The notes under the pieces were generated by a model, which saw only the letters and a list, made by a program, of their open reading frames with translations, was not told where the DNA came from and ran no database searches. From an uncultured Gemmatimonadaceae bacterium (GTDB lineage: Bacteria > Gemmatimonadota > Gemmatimonadetes > Gemmatimonadales > GWC2-71-9): 64,000 bases of DNA. Location of the stretch: positions 10,644 to 74,643 of the forward strand of contig CAZNDK010000003.1 in the NCBI GenBank assembly GCA_964571795.1. Reading direction: 5' to 3'. This document shows positions 19,715 to 29,952 of the stretch, one piece after another (the stretch's first letter is position 1; each line of letters starts with the position of its first letter). The translations under genes were made by a program, and so were the position numbers.

Positions 19715-20676
19715 CCGGCATTCCACTCGGGAAGGGCGCGGAGTTCGACCGAATTCGCGCCATCGCGGCGGCGCTGGGGCCCGACGCGAAGGGGCTCGGC
19801 AACGACTGCGCGGTGCTGCCCCCGGGCTTCGGCGAAGTCGTCCTCTCGACCGACCTCAGTGTCGAGGGGGTGCACTTTCGCCGAGAGTGGCTCACTTGGG
19901 AGGAGATCGGGTGGCGATCCGCCTCCGCGGCGCTTTCCGACCTCGCTGCGGCGGGCGCGGAGGTCGTCGGGCTCACCGCGAGCGTCGGCACGCCGCGCGA
20001 GGCCCCGGCCGAGCAGCTGGTGCAGCTGATGTCGGGGGTGCGCGCCGCCGTGGCGGCGGTGGGTGGCCGGGTGCTGGGCGGAGACCTCTCCACCGCGCCG
20101 GTCTGGGTGGTGGACGTGACGGTGGTGGGCCGCGCCGCGCGCCCGGTAGGCCGCACCGAGGCCCGCCCCGGTGATGTCCTGTGGGTCACCGGCGCCTTGG
20201 GTGGCGCGCGGGCGGCGTTGCTCGCCTGGGAATCAGGCGGGGAGCCCACGCCGGGCGCGCGGGCGCGATTCGTCCGCCCGGTGCCGCGAATCGCGGAAGG
20301 CCGCTGGCTCGCGGCCCACGGCGCGCACGCCATGATGGACATCTCCGACGGCCTGGGAGGGGACGCCGGGCATCTCGCGGCCGCCTCGGGCGTTCGGCTG
20401 GATCTCGAACTCGAGCAGCTCCCGGTGCATCCCGACGTCGTGGCCAGCGCGCTCGCACGTGGCGAGCCGCTCCAGGGGTTCGCGGCAAAGGGAGGGGAAG
20501 ACTACGAGCTGTTGGCCGCCCTGCCCAAGACGTTTGACGATGTCGAGGCGCGGCGCTTCCAGCAGGACACTGGCACCGTGCTGACCCGGATCGGCAAGGT
20601 GAGGCGCGGCTCAGGCGTGGCGGCCACGTTCGCCGGCGTGTCGGTGGCGCTCTCGGGGCACGATCACTTCCGATGA
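19711..20676 (+). CDS. thiL: Thiamine-monophosphate kinase
   Basis: Tail of track ORF 19135-20676 from the ATG at 19711 (ATGA overlap). Contains 'GNDCAVL', 'STDLSVEGVHF', 'SDLAAAGA', 'MMDISDGL' and 'GGEDYELL'. Confidence 0.9.
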   Translation: MTGIPLGKGAEFDRIRAIAAALGPDAKGLGNDCAVLPPGFGEVVLSTDLSVEGVHFRREWLTWEEIGWRSASAALSDLAAAGAEVVGLTASVGTPREAPAEQLVQLMSGVRAAVAAVGGRVLGGDLSTAPVWVVDVTVVGRAARPVGRTEARPGDVLWVTGALGGARAALLAWESGGEPTPGARARFVRPVPRIAEGRWLAAHGAHAMMDISDGLGGDAGHLAAASGVRLDLELEQLPVHPDVVASALARGEPLQGFAAKGGEDYELLAALPKTFDDVEARRFQQDTGTVLTRIGKVRRGSGVAATFAGVSVALSGHDHFR

Positions 20677-21389
20677 CCTGGCTCCGCACCGCCTGGCTGC
20701 TCCTCGTGGGCATCCCGGTCACCGCGTTCTATGCGACCTGGGCGGTCCTGGCGTCCTGGGCAGGCTATCGGTACGCCCCGAACAACGTGTACGACCGGAT
20801 CATGCGGAACTGGTCGCGGCTGTTGCTCCGGGCCAACGGGGTGTCGGTACGCGCGGAAGGTCTCGAGCGGTTGGACCTGGCGCAGCCCTATGTCTTCGTC
20901 GCGAATCACACTTCGATCGTGGACATCTGGGCGCTGCTGGTCGCCATTCCCCACAGCTTCCGGTACGTAGCGAAGAAGGAGCTGGAGCGGGTGCCCGTGT
21001 TCGGGCGGGCGATGATGTCCGCCGGCAACATCTTCATCGATCGCGGAAACCTTGCCTCCTCGTTCGCCTCGTACGACGAGGCGGCGGTGCGCATCCGCAA
21101 GGGGCTGTCCGCCACGGTCTTCGCGGAGGGGACCCGGAGCCGCGACGGCCGGCTCCTGCCCTTCAAGAAAGGTCCCTTCATACTCGCCATCCGCGCCGGG
21201 GTACCCGTGGTGCCGCTGTACATCGACGGCGCGCACGAACGCACACCCAAAGGGGCGCTCAATGTCCGCCCCGGCGCCGTCGTGGTGCGTGTCGGGGAAC
21301 CGATCGAAACGCCGGGGCTCACCTACGAGGATCGCAACCGGCTGAGCGACGAGGCGCGTGCCGCGATGCTGCGCCTGGGCGCGCGTTGA
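20673..21389 (+). CDS. plsC: 1-acyl-sn-glycerol-3-phosphate acyltransferase
   Basis: Track ORF, 238 aa. HX4D motif 'ANHTSIVD', 'FAEGTRSRDG' and 'GVPVVPLYIDG'. Its ATG overlaps the thiL stop. Confidence 0.85.
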   Translation: MTWLRTAWLLLVGIPVTAFYATWAVLASWAGYRYAPNNVYDRIMRNWSRLLLRANGVSVRAEGLERLDLAQPYVFVANHTSIVDIWALLVAIPHSFRYVAKKELERVPVFGRAMMSAGNIFIDRGNLASSFASYDEAAVRIRKGLSATVFAEGTRSRDGRLLPFKKGPFILAIRAGVPVVPLYIDGAHERTPKGALNVRPGAVVVRVGEPIETPGLTYEDRNRLSDEARAAMLRLGAR

Positions 21390-21412
21390 CGACATCCCCG
21401 GAACGCGGGTAG

Positions 21413-22983
<1,571 letters not shown>

Positions 22984-23049
22984 CCGAGGGGTGCGGCGCC
23001 GCTAGCATTGGCCCCCGCAGTCCTCGGCCCTCAGTCCTGGTTGGTTGTT

Positions 23050-23123
23050 GGCAGGGTAGCTCAGGTGGTTAGAGCACGGCACTCATAATGCCGGGGTCGC
23101 GGGTTCGAGTCCCGCCCCTGCTA
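23050..23123 (+). tRNA. tRNA-Met (anticodon CAT; elongator-like)
   Basis: Cloverleaf folded by hand. Acceptor GGCAGGG/CCCTGCT (G1-U72 wobble); D arm GCTC-AGGTGGTTA-GAGC. Anticodon arm CGGCA-CTCATAA-TGCCG; variable GGGTC; T arm GCGGG-TTCGAGT-CCCGC; discriminator A. CCA is not encoded. I cannot fully exclude a lysidine-type tRNA-Ile2. Confidence 0.85.
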
Positions 23124-23124
23124 T

Positions 23125-23152
23125 GCCCGGGTAACTCCCGGGCCTTTTCATT
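23125..23152 (+). terminator. Rho-independent terminator candidate after the tRNA
   Basis: Stem GCCCGGG/CCCGGGC (loop TAACT), followed by CTTTTCATT. Confidence 0.55.
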
Positions 23153-23166
23153 GGGCCTCGGCCTCC

Positions 23167-23214
23167 GGCTCGAGTCCCGCCCCTGCTATGCCCCCGAAAG
23201 GGGGCCTTTTCATT
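23167..23214 (+). repeat. Second copy of the tRNA 3' end plus terminator module (direct repeat of 23102-23152)
   Basis: TCGAGTCCCGCCCCTGCTATGCCC at 23105-23128 is repeated exactly at 23170-23193, an offset of 65 nt. Each copy is followed by a different GC hairpin and then the identical GGCCTTTTCATT. Confidence 0.8.
23190..23214 (+). terminator. Second terminator-like hairpin (GAAA tetraloop)
   Basis: GCCCCC-GAAA-GGGGGC followed by CTTTTCATT. It abuts or overlaps the stop codon of the convergent rhodanese gene. Confidence 0.5.
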
Positions 23215-24070
23215 ACTCCCCCGCGCCCTGCTCAATCGGCATCCCCGCCAACTGGCTCCATTCCGCAAACGAGCCGTCGTACATCCGCACCTCGTACCCC
23301 AGGTACCGCGCCACGAAGTAGAGAAAACTGGCCTGCACGCCGGTCCTGCAGTACGTCACCACGACGTCACCGGGCGCGGCGCCCGCCGAGCGGAACATCG
23401 TCTCCAGGCTGGCGCGGTCGAGCAGCGCCGGGGGCGCGCCACCCATCGTCGTCTTCCAGAAGATGTTCTTCGCCCCGGGGATGTGCCCGCTGGGCGCGGC
23501 GCTCCCAGGCGTTCCCGCGTAGTCCGCCGGTGGCCTGGCGTCGAGGAGGGCCACGGTCGAGTCCCCGAGGTGGGTGCGCACCCAGGCGGCGTCGGCCAGG
23601 ACCTGGGGCCGCGGGTGCGGCGTGAGCACCCCGCGGACGGCCGGCGGGACCTCGGCTGCCACCGGATAGCCGGCCGCCACCCAGGCGGGCGTGCCGCCAT
23701 CGAGGAGCGCCGCCTGATCCCCGTGCCCCAGGTAGTCGAGCGTGAAGAAGAGGCGGGCCGCGGCGAGGGGGTCCCCGGTGATGATGACCCGGCTTCGGTC
23801 ACCGATGCCGACGGCCTCGAGGGTCGAATCCAGCGCCGGAACCGCCGGGAGCTCGCTCGGGATGCCGTCCCGCTCGACGATGAAGGAGGCGAGGGCCAGG
23901 TAGGCGCTGCCCGCGATGTGGCCCGCGTCGTACGCCACGCGGTCGCGGTCGGCGTGGATGACCACGACGCCCGGCTGGCCGAGGTGGGCGGACAGCCATG
24001 CGGGAGAGACGAGAAGGGTGTCCGCGCCGAGCAGCGACGAAATCAGGAATGGGACGAGCGCCGGATTCAT
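23213..24070 (-). CDS. Sulfurtransferase with tandem rhodanese domains (thiosulfate/3-mercaptopyruvate type)
   Basis: Track ORF, 285 aa. Contains 'GHIAGS', 'GHIPGAKN' and the active-site loop 'YCRTGVQAS'. Confidence 0.85.
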   Translation of the reverse strand: MNPALVPFLISSLLGADTLLVSPAWLSAHLGQPGVVVIHADRDRVAYDAGHIAGSAYLALASFIVERDGIPSELPAVPALDSTLEAVGIGDRSRVIITGDPLAAARLFFTLDYLGHGDQAALLDGGTPAWVAAGYPVAAEVPPAVRGVLTPHPRPQVLADAAWVRTHLGDSTVALLDARPPADYAGTPGSAAPSGHIPGAKNIFWKTTMGGAPPALLDRASLETMFRSAGAAPGDVVVTYCRTGVQASFLYFVARYLGYEVRMYDGSFAEWSQLAGMPIEQGAGE

Positions 24071-25245
24071 AGGAGCCGCCGAGTGCGGAGTGTGATCGTC
24101 TGGTCCCTGCCGGCGCGCCTGATGGTCAGGACGTAGGTCGAGTCAGGGGCCTCGAAGAGTGAGCGGAGCTTCCACAGGCCGATCGAGGCGGCGCCGACTC
24201 CACCCACGTCCACCACGGTGTCCCCGGGCGTGAGGCCGGCCTCGGCGCCGCCCGTGCCTGCCTGGACGGCTAGGACCCGGACCGTCCGGAAGTCCGGCGG
24301 CTCCGCCACGAGGAGCAGGCCGCTCGCGTCGTCGGCCGGTCGCGCGCCGTTCGGCTCCAGGATCAACCGCCGGCGAGCGTAGTCAAAGGTCGCGGTGAAG
24401 CGGGCGAGCAGGCGTGCGCCCAGGGTGCCGGCGTCGCCCGTGCGTGACAGGTCGGCGGAGAAGCCGACCATCGGCCGGGCGATCGTGAAGCCGGCGATCG
24501 AGACGCTGTCGAGGACCGTGAGGTAGTTCTCGGTCGCCCCACCGACCGCCACCCCCGGGGCGGGAATCCTCGGATGCGCCTCCGGAATCAGCCCGGTCTG
24601 CGCGACGAATGACCCGTTCAGCCCGAGCAAGTCGAGGCTGCCGGTATCGAGCTTGAGCTTGGCGGGGACGGCGCGATTCGCCAGGTACAGGGTCCCAAGC
24701 ACGAACGGCTCGCCCGCCTCGAGCCAGACCGGGATCGACGTGCCCGGGCCGTCATAGGAGAAGGTGGAGGGGTCGAACAATTCAATCCGGTTGGCGGCGT
24801 AGTCAATCCGCACGACGAACCGGGTGAGGAAGTCATGGCCGAGGATGCCTCCGATCGGCGTTGCGACGATCGGGGCGAGCCCCTCGAGCGGGATCCGCGC
24901 CATGCTGTCGGCGCAGTAGCCCAGTCCGACGACCGTGACGCAGACTCGATCGGTCCAGCCGAGATCCACCGCACCGCCCGGCGCGGCCACTGCGCCCCTG
25001 TCACGCACCGGCAGGTGCAGTCGATCCGCCGTCCCGGCGCCGATAACGGAGTACTCGAATCCCGAGTCGAGCAGCCACAGATCGCGGCTCGAATCCGGCA
25101 GCGTCACGGGGAGGACAATCAACCCGCCGAGCGAGGTGAACTCGACGCGGGCGAGGGGGGCCCCAACTGTCGAATCGTTCCGACCGCGGCATGCCGTGCA
25201 CAGCAGGCTGAGTGTCACGAGGACGGCGGCGGGGCGATGCACCAC
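24067..25245 (-). CDS. Secreted retropepsin-like aspartyl protease with two catalytic-type lobes and a C-terminal PDZ domain
   Basis: Track ORF, 392 aa. It has an N-terminal signal-like 'AAVLVTLSLLCTAC', two Asp motifs ('WLLDSGFEY' and 'KLKLDTGSLD') and a C-terminal PDZ-like 'GTGGAEAGLTPGDTVVDVGG'. Its stop overlaps the rhodanese ATG (ATGA). Confidence 0.68.
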   Translation of the reverse strand: MVHRPAAVLVTLSLLCTACRGRNDSTVGAPLARVEFTSLGGLIVLPVTLPDSSRDLWLLDSGFEYSVIGAGTADRLHLPVRDRGAVAAPGGAVDLGWTDRVCVTVVGLGYCADSMARIPLEGLAPIVATPIGGILGHDFLTRFVVRIDYAANRIELFDPSTFSYDGPGTSIPVWLEAGEPFVLGTLYLANRAVPAKLKLDTGSLDLLGLNGSFVAQTGLIPEAHPRIPAPGVAVGGATENYLTVLDSVSIAGFTIARPMVGFSADLSRTGDAGTLGARLLARFTATFDYARRRLILEPNGARPADDASGLLLVAEPPDFRTVRVLAVQAGTGGAEAGLTPGDTVVDVGGVGAASIGLWKLRSLFEAPDSTYVLTIRRAGRDQTITLRTRRLL

Positions 25246-25423
25246 GGGACTCCTGCGGCCTTGAGTGCCGGAGTCTAGCCGGACTCCCGGCCGGAGTGAA
25301 GCACCTCGGCCGGGGCCGCCCGCGCCTCCCGAATGCGCTGGAATCGGCTAAGTTTCGCCGCTCCGGGCACTCGAGGCCCCGGGCGGTGACCGCGTTGAAC
25401 CCCCTTCACGTGGGAGCGCAGTG

Positions 25424-25597
25424 ATGTACGACTTCCGCAGGGAATACTTCGTCGGCTGGGGCACGCTGGCGCTCATCAATGCCGGCCTCGCGCAGTCCAA
25501 GGGGAAGAGCGGCCTCCTCTGGGGCCTCCTGTCGCTCTTCCTCGGCCCAATCGCGACGCTGCTCCTCGTGACGCTCCACGCGACCTCCAAGCCGTGA
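25424..25597 (+). CDS. Small two-helix membrane protein (57 aa), not in the ORF track
   Basis: Hand translation gives [57 protein letters not shown]. Third-position GC is strong. The 'NAGLAQ.K.(K/R)S...W...SL..GP.AT' pattern recalls a widespread small membrane protein family. Confidence 0.55.
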   Translation: MYDFRREYFVGWGTLALINAGLAQSKGKSGLLWGLLSLFLGPIATLLLVTLHATSKP

Positions 25598-25604
25598 GCC
25601 CCAG

Positions 25605-26696
25605 GTGACGGATCGTTCCCCCGAAGAACGGCTTCGGGGACTGGCCAGCCTGGTCGGCAACACGCCGCTCCTTGCGATCGAGTTCGACTATCGCGGTAGC
25701 CGGCGCACCCTGTACGCCAAGGCGGAGCACCTCAACCTCTCCGGCAGCATCAAGGACCGGATGGCCCTCCACATCTTGCGGAAGGGCTACGCCGCGGGCA
25801 CGCTCGGGCCCGGCGCCCTCATCGTCGAGGCCACCAGCGGCAATACCGGGATCTCCTTCGCCTCGATCGGCCGCGCCCTCGGCCATTCAGTCACCATCTT
25901 CATGCCGGCCTGGATGAGCGCCGAGCGGATCAACATCATCCGCAGCCTCGGCGCCGGCATCGTCCTCGTGAGTCGCGAGGAGGGCGGATTCCTGGGGAGC
26001 ATCGCGCGCGCCGAGGAGCTGGCGCACGGCACGCCTGGCGCCTTCCTGCCGCGCCAGTTCTCCAACCGCGACAACTGCGAGGCCCACTACGAGACGACCG
26101 GCCCGGAAATCCTCGGCCAGCTGGCCGCAGAGGGCTTGGTGCCGGCGGCGCTGGTCGCGGGCGTCGGCACCGGGGGCACGATCATGGGCGCGGGCAAGTT
26201 CCTGCGGGAGCACCTGCCCGGCATCGCGCTGCATCCGGTCGAACCGGCCAATTCGCCCACCATGTCCACCGGGCACAAGGTCGGCCATCACCGGATCCAG
26301 GGCATTTCCGACGAGTTCATCCCGCCCATTGTCGAACTCGACCAGTTGGATGCGATCCTCGCCGTGGACGACGGCGACGCCATCCTGATGGCTCAGAAGC
26401 TCGCCGCCTCCCTCGGCGTCGGCGTGGGGATTTCCTCCGGCGCCAACTTCCTCGCCGCCCTGATGGCGCAGGACGCGCTGGGCGGGGCGGCAGTCGTGGT
26501 CACCGTCTTCGCGGACGACAACAAGAAGTATCTGAGCACCGATCTCCTGCGTGAGGAGCCGGTGAAGGACGGCTTCCTGAGCTCCCAGGTGGAGCTGCGC
26601 GGACTTCGGGCCCTTCGCCGGGTGTGCCAGACCTGCCGGTACCCCGAGCCGGCGCCGTGGGAATCGGTCGTCCTCCGGGCGGGAGGGCGTCCGTGA
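25605..26696 (+). CDS. Cysteine synthase family protein (PLP-dependent, CysK/CysM-like) with a C-terminal extension
   Basis: Track ORF, 363 aa (GTG start). Contains 'GNTPLL', '[11 protein letters not shown]' (PLP Lys), '[12 protein letters not shown]' and '[10 protein letters not shown]'. An extra ~50 aa tail contains 'CQTC'. Confidence 0.83.
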   Translation: MTDRSPEERLRGLASLVGNTPLLAIEFDYRGSRRTLYAKAEHLNLSGSIKDRMALHILRKGYAAGTLGPGALIVEATSGNTGISFASIGRALGHSVTIFMPAWMSAERINIIRSLGAGIVLVSREEGGFLGSIARAEELAHGTPGAFLPRQFSNRDNCEAHYETTGPEILGQLAAEGLVPAALVAGVGTGGTIMGAGKFLREHLPGIALHPVEPANSPTMSTGHKVGHHRIQGISDEFIPPIVELDQLDAILAVDDGDAILMAQKLAASLGVGVGISSGANFLAALMAQDALGGAAVVVTVFADDNKKYLSTDLLREEPVKDGFLSSQVELRGLRALRRVCQTCRYPEPAPWESVVLRAGGRP

Positions 26697-27247
26697 CGCC
26701 ACCCGCGGCGCAGGCGCCCTTCGACCTCGCCGAGGCGATTCGCGCGCTCGCCCGCACGCCGGCGGCGCTGCACGAACTGCTGGACGAGGTGTCTCCCGCT
26801 GCGGCCGTCGCGGCCCCGCCGGGGCAGTGGAGCGCCTTTGACGTCGTCGGCCACCTGATCGACGGCGAGGAGACGGACTGGATACCGCGCGCGCGGCTCA
26901 TTCTCGCCAAGGGGCCCGACCGCCGCTTCGAGCCGTTCGACCGCCACCGGCACGTGGAACGGAACCGGGGGAGGCAGCTGGACGAGCTGGTGGACGAGTT
27001 CTCCTGGCTGCGTGACGACAACCTGGCTACGCTCTCGTCGTGGCGCCTGAGCCCCGGGCAACTGGCCCTGACCGGCGAGCATCCGGAGCTCGGAACAGTC
27101 ACGCTGCAGCAACTGCTGGCCACGTGGGTGGTGCACGATCTCGGGCACATCGCCCAGCTTTCTCGTGCGCTGGCCTCCCGCTGGGGTGGCGAAGTGGGGC
27201 CTTGGCGCGCCTTCCTGCCCGTGCTGGGAGCCTCGACCAGTGGCTGA
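26693..27247 (+). CDS. DinB family protein
   Basis: Track ORF 26624-27247 trimmed to the GTG at 26693 (GTGA overlap). It has the His-triad pattern 'VVGHLIDGE' ... 'HPELG' ... '[11 protein letters not shown]'. Confidence 0.72.
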   Translation: MTPPAAQAPFDLAEAIRALARTPAALHELLDEVSPAAAVAAPPGQWSAFDVVGHLIDGEETDWIPRARLILAKGPDRRFEPFDRHRHVERNRGRQLDELVDEFSWLRDDNLATLSSWRLSPGQLALTGEHPELGTVTLQQLLATWVVHDLGHIAQLSRALASRWGGEVGPWRAFLPVLGASTSG

Positions 27248-27842
27248 GGCGGCGGCCCACCACGCCAGCGGTCTCGTCCCGTGGATCGGCCGGACGGCGC
27301 TGCGTCTCGCCGGGTGGCGCATCGCCGGGCGCCTGCCCGACGCGCCACGCTACGTCCTCATCGTGGCGCCCCACACCTCGAACTGGGACTTCTTCGTCGG
27401 TCTCGCCGCCAAGTTCGAACTCGGGCTCGAGGCGGCCTGGCTCGGCAAGCACACCCTCTTCCGCGGGCCGGTGGGCTGGATGCTCCGCGGGCTCGGCGGC
27501 ATCCCGGTGGACCGGTCGCGGCCGGACGGGACGGTCGAGGCGGTGCTCGCGCAAATGCAGGGACGGGACCGGTTCGTCCTGGCGCTGGCCCCGGAGGGAA
27601 CCCGCCGGCGGATCGAGGGCTGGAAGAGCGGCTTCTACCGGATCGCCGTCAGCGCGCAGGTGCCGATCCTGCCGGTGTCATTCGACTGGTCTACGCGGAC
27701 GATCGACCTCGGGACGCCGTTTGCGCCGAGCGGCGACGCGGCGAGCGACATTCCCCGGCTGCGGGCGCTGTACCGGAAGGGCATGGCGAAGCACCCGGAA
27801 TACTTTGCGGATATTCACGATCTCCCTCGAACGGCCGCATGA
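27240..27842 (+). CDS. Lysophospholipid acyltransferase family protein
   Basis: Track ORF 27165-27842. Contains HX4D 'PHTSNWD', 'APEGTR' and 'VPILPVSFDW'. The start is taken as the GTG at 27240 (8-nt overlap with DinB) and is uncertain. Confidence 0.72.
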   Translation: MAEAAAHHASGLVPWIGRTALRLAGWRIAGRLPDAPRYVLIVAPHTSNWDFFVGLAAKFELGLEAAWLGKHTLFRGPVGWMLRGLGGIPVDRSRPDGTVEAVLAQMQGRDRFVLALAPEGTRRRIEGWKSGFYRIAVSAQVPILPVSFDWSTRTIDLGTPFAPSGDAASDIPRLRALYRKGMAKHPEYFADIHDLPRTAA

Positions 27843-28375
27843 CGACTGAACTGGCGACCCTGGGTGGGGGCTGCTTCTGGTGCCTGGAAGCGGTCTTCGA
27901 GCAATTGAAGGGCGTGACGGGCGTGGTGTCAGGGTACGCGGGCGGCACCGTGGAGCGCCCCACGTATGAGCAGGTGTGCGGCGGACGGACCGGACACGCC
28001 GAGGTGGTGCAGGTGTCCTTCGACCCGGCGGTCATCTCGTTTCGCGACCTGCTCGACGTCTTCTTCTCGATCCACGATCCGACCACGCCGAACCGGCAGG
28101 GTGCCGACGTGGGGCCGCAGTACCGGTCGGTCATCCTGACGCATTCGGAGCGGCAGCAGGAGGACGCCATCGAGGCGATCCGCTCCGTCGAGGGCCAGGG
28201 CGTCTGGCCGGACCCGATCGTGACGGAAGTGGCGCCGCTCGGCGTCTTCTACCCCGCCGAGGCGGGGCACCAGGGCTACTTCCGGCGGAACCCGGGGCAG
28301 GGGTACTGCCAGGTCGTGATCGCCCCCAAGGTCGCATCCTTCCGGAAGCGGCACCTCGACCGGCTCCGGTCGTAG
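27839..28375 (+). CDS. msrA: Peptide-methionine (S)-S-oxide reductase
   Basis: Tail of track ORF 27281-28375 from the ATG at 27839 (ATGA overlap). Contains 'GGGCFWCLEAVF', 'GYAGG', 'GHAEVVQVSFDP' and 'DPTTPNRQGADVGPQYRS'. Confidence 0.95.
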   Translation: MTTELATLGGGCFWCLEAVFEQLKGVTGVVSGYAGGTVERPTYEQVCGGRTGHAEVVQVSFDPAVISFRDLLDVFFSIHDPTTPNRQGADVGPQYRSVILTHSERQQEDAIEAIRSVEGQGVWPDPIVTEVAPLGVFYPAEAGHQGYFRRNPGQGYCQVVIAPKVASFRKRHLDRLRS

Positions 28376-28392
28376 CACTGGGTCTCGCTTCG

Positions 28393-29895
28393 GTGCGCGC
28401 ATTCCTCTGGGGCGGGCTCCTGCTGGCCGCCGTCCCCGTCGCTTCGGCCCGGGCGCAGTCGGCGCCGGGAGCCGACCTGACCGGCCTCGCCACCCCGCGT
28501 ATTGCCGGGCCACGGCGCATCCCCTCGACGTTGCTGCCGGGCGCCACTGACTCGGTCGCTCCGCCGGGAGCGGTCCCCGACACCCTGCCGTGCCCCGACT
28601 GCCACCCCTCCAAGAACTTCTGGCTGAGCGTGGGCGACGTGATGATCGTGCAGCTGATTCCGTTCGGGGTCAGCAACCTCATCACGGACGAGGTGTGGGC
28701 GAATGTCGGCCCGCAGACCTGGGCCAACAACATGAACTACCCCTGGCAGTGGGACGACAACGATTTCCAGAACAACCAGTTCGCGCATTCGTACCAGGGG
28801 AACGCCTACTTCAACGCCGCCCGGACCAACGGGTACAACTTCTGGGCCTCGTCCCTCTGGCCGGTGGGCGGCAGCCTGATGTGGGAGTACTTCTTCGAGG
28901 CGTGGGCCCCGGCCCCCAACGACTTCGTGAACACCGCCGTGGGCGGCATCGTGATGGGGGAAACACTCTACCGCCTCTCGCGCCTGACGCTCGACAACAC
29001 CGCGACCGGTGGCGAACGGGTGTGGCGGGAAATCGGCGCAGGACTGCTCAACCCGGTCGGGGGCATCAACCGCCTGCTCCGCGGCGACACCCACCGGGTG
29101 AGCGCCAACCCGCCGGAGTGGCGGCCCGTGGCCATCCTCGGGGTGCTCGACGCCGGCTACCGCCAAACGACGAGCTCCTTCACCGGCTCGGACGCCACGA
29201 AGGATGCGAACCAGCTGAACGTCACCTTCTTCCTCTCCTATGGCGATCCCGCCAAGGACCTCGGCGGCGCGCCCTTCTCGTATTTTGCGGTCCGGGCGGA
29301 CCTGGCCGGGCCCAGCACCGGCACGGTGGTCAACCAGTTCAGCGCCCGTGGGAGCCTGGCGGCCTGGCCGCTGGACCAGCAGCGGCGGCACCAGATCGCG
29401 CTGTCGCTGGAGTACGACTACTTCGACAATCCCGCCTTCATCTATGGCGGGCAGAGCATCCAGCTCGGCCTCGTGTCCGTCATTGGGAAGCCCGGCAAGA
29501 CCTGGTGGGGACAGACGAACCTGCTCTTCAATGGCGTCATCCTCGGGGCCGTCCAGTCCGACTACTACCAGACCCTCGAGGGGCGGAATTACGACTACGG
29601 ACCGGGTCTTGGTGCGATCGCCAGCGGACGGATCTTCTACAAGAACCGGCTGCAGGGCACCGCGGCGTACACCGGGCTCTGGATCCACACCATCGATGGC
29701 ACCGAGTCGGCCCACTACCAGGACGCGTTGCTGCTCGAGGGACGCTACTGGCTGAGCCGGACCATCGGTGTGGGCGGGAGCTACACGGCCTACAATCGGC
29801 GCAGCGACTACAGTGGCCTGCCCGAGGTGGAGGAGGCCTCGAGCTTCCTGCGCCTCTTTCTGAGTACCGCCATTCCCGGGCTGCCCCTGCCGTAG
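28393..29895 (+). CDS. Secreted DUF3943-like protein, paralog 1 (CxxC + GHP-type motif region + beta-rich C-terminal half)
   Basis: Track ORF 27976-29895 trimmed to the GTG at 28393 (VRAFLWGGLLLAAVPVASARAQS signal peptide). Contains 'LPCPDCHPSKNFW', 'YPWQWDDNDFQNNQFAHSYQG', 'EAWAPAPNDFVNT' and 'LDNTATGGERVWRE'. The Pfam name is from memory. Confidence 0.7.
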   Translation: MRAFLWGGLLLAAVPVASARAQSAPGADLTGLATPRIAGPRRIPSTLLPGATDSVAPPGAVPDTLPCPDCHPSKNFWLSVGDVMIVQLIPFGVSNLITDEVWANVGPQTWANNMNYPWQWDDNDFQNNQFAHSYQGNAYFNAARTNGYNFWASSLWPVGGSLMWEYFFEAWAPAPNDFVNTAVGGIVMGETLYRLSRLTLDNTATGGERVWREIGAGLLNPVGGINRLLRGDTHRVSANPPEWRPVAILGVLDAGYRQTTSSFTGSDATKDANQLNVTFFLSYGDPAKDLGGAPFSYFAVRADLAGPSTGTVVNQFSARGSLAAWPLDQQRRHQIALSLEYDYFDNPAFIYGGQSIQLGLVSVIGKPGKTWWGQTNLLFNGVILGAVQSDYYQTLEGRNYDYGPGLGAIASGRIFYKNRLQGTAAYTGLWIHTIDGTESAHYQDALLLEGRYWLSRTIGVGGSYTAYNRRSDYSGLPEVEEASSFLRLFLSTAIPGLPLP

Positions 29896-29952
29896 CCGTC
29901 ATCGGGGCGGACCCGACTCGCCCCGGCGGCCGTCGGGAGGTAGGTTCGCGGA

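Noticed and set aside
23050-24070. Possible integrated mobile element or genomic island at the tRNA-Met gene.
   Set aside because: Only a 65-nt duplication is present. The next gene is an ordinary rhodanese in a convergent orientation. No integrase, excisionase or phage/IS gene is visible within several kb on either side.
25246-25423. Multiple CCGGAG/CTCCGG-type complementary segments in the 178-nt divergent intergenic region upstream of the small ORF and the cysK-like gene. They include hairpin 25267-25291 and a long-range pairing of ~25259-25273 with ~25358-25373. This looked like alternative leader structures or a riboswitch.
   Set aside because: The stems are short and imperfect in very GC-rich sequence, where chance complementarity is high. 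I recognise no known riboswitch core. Covariation analysis is needed before any claim.
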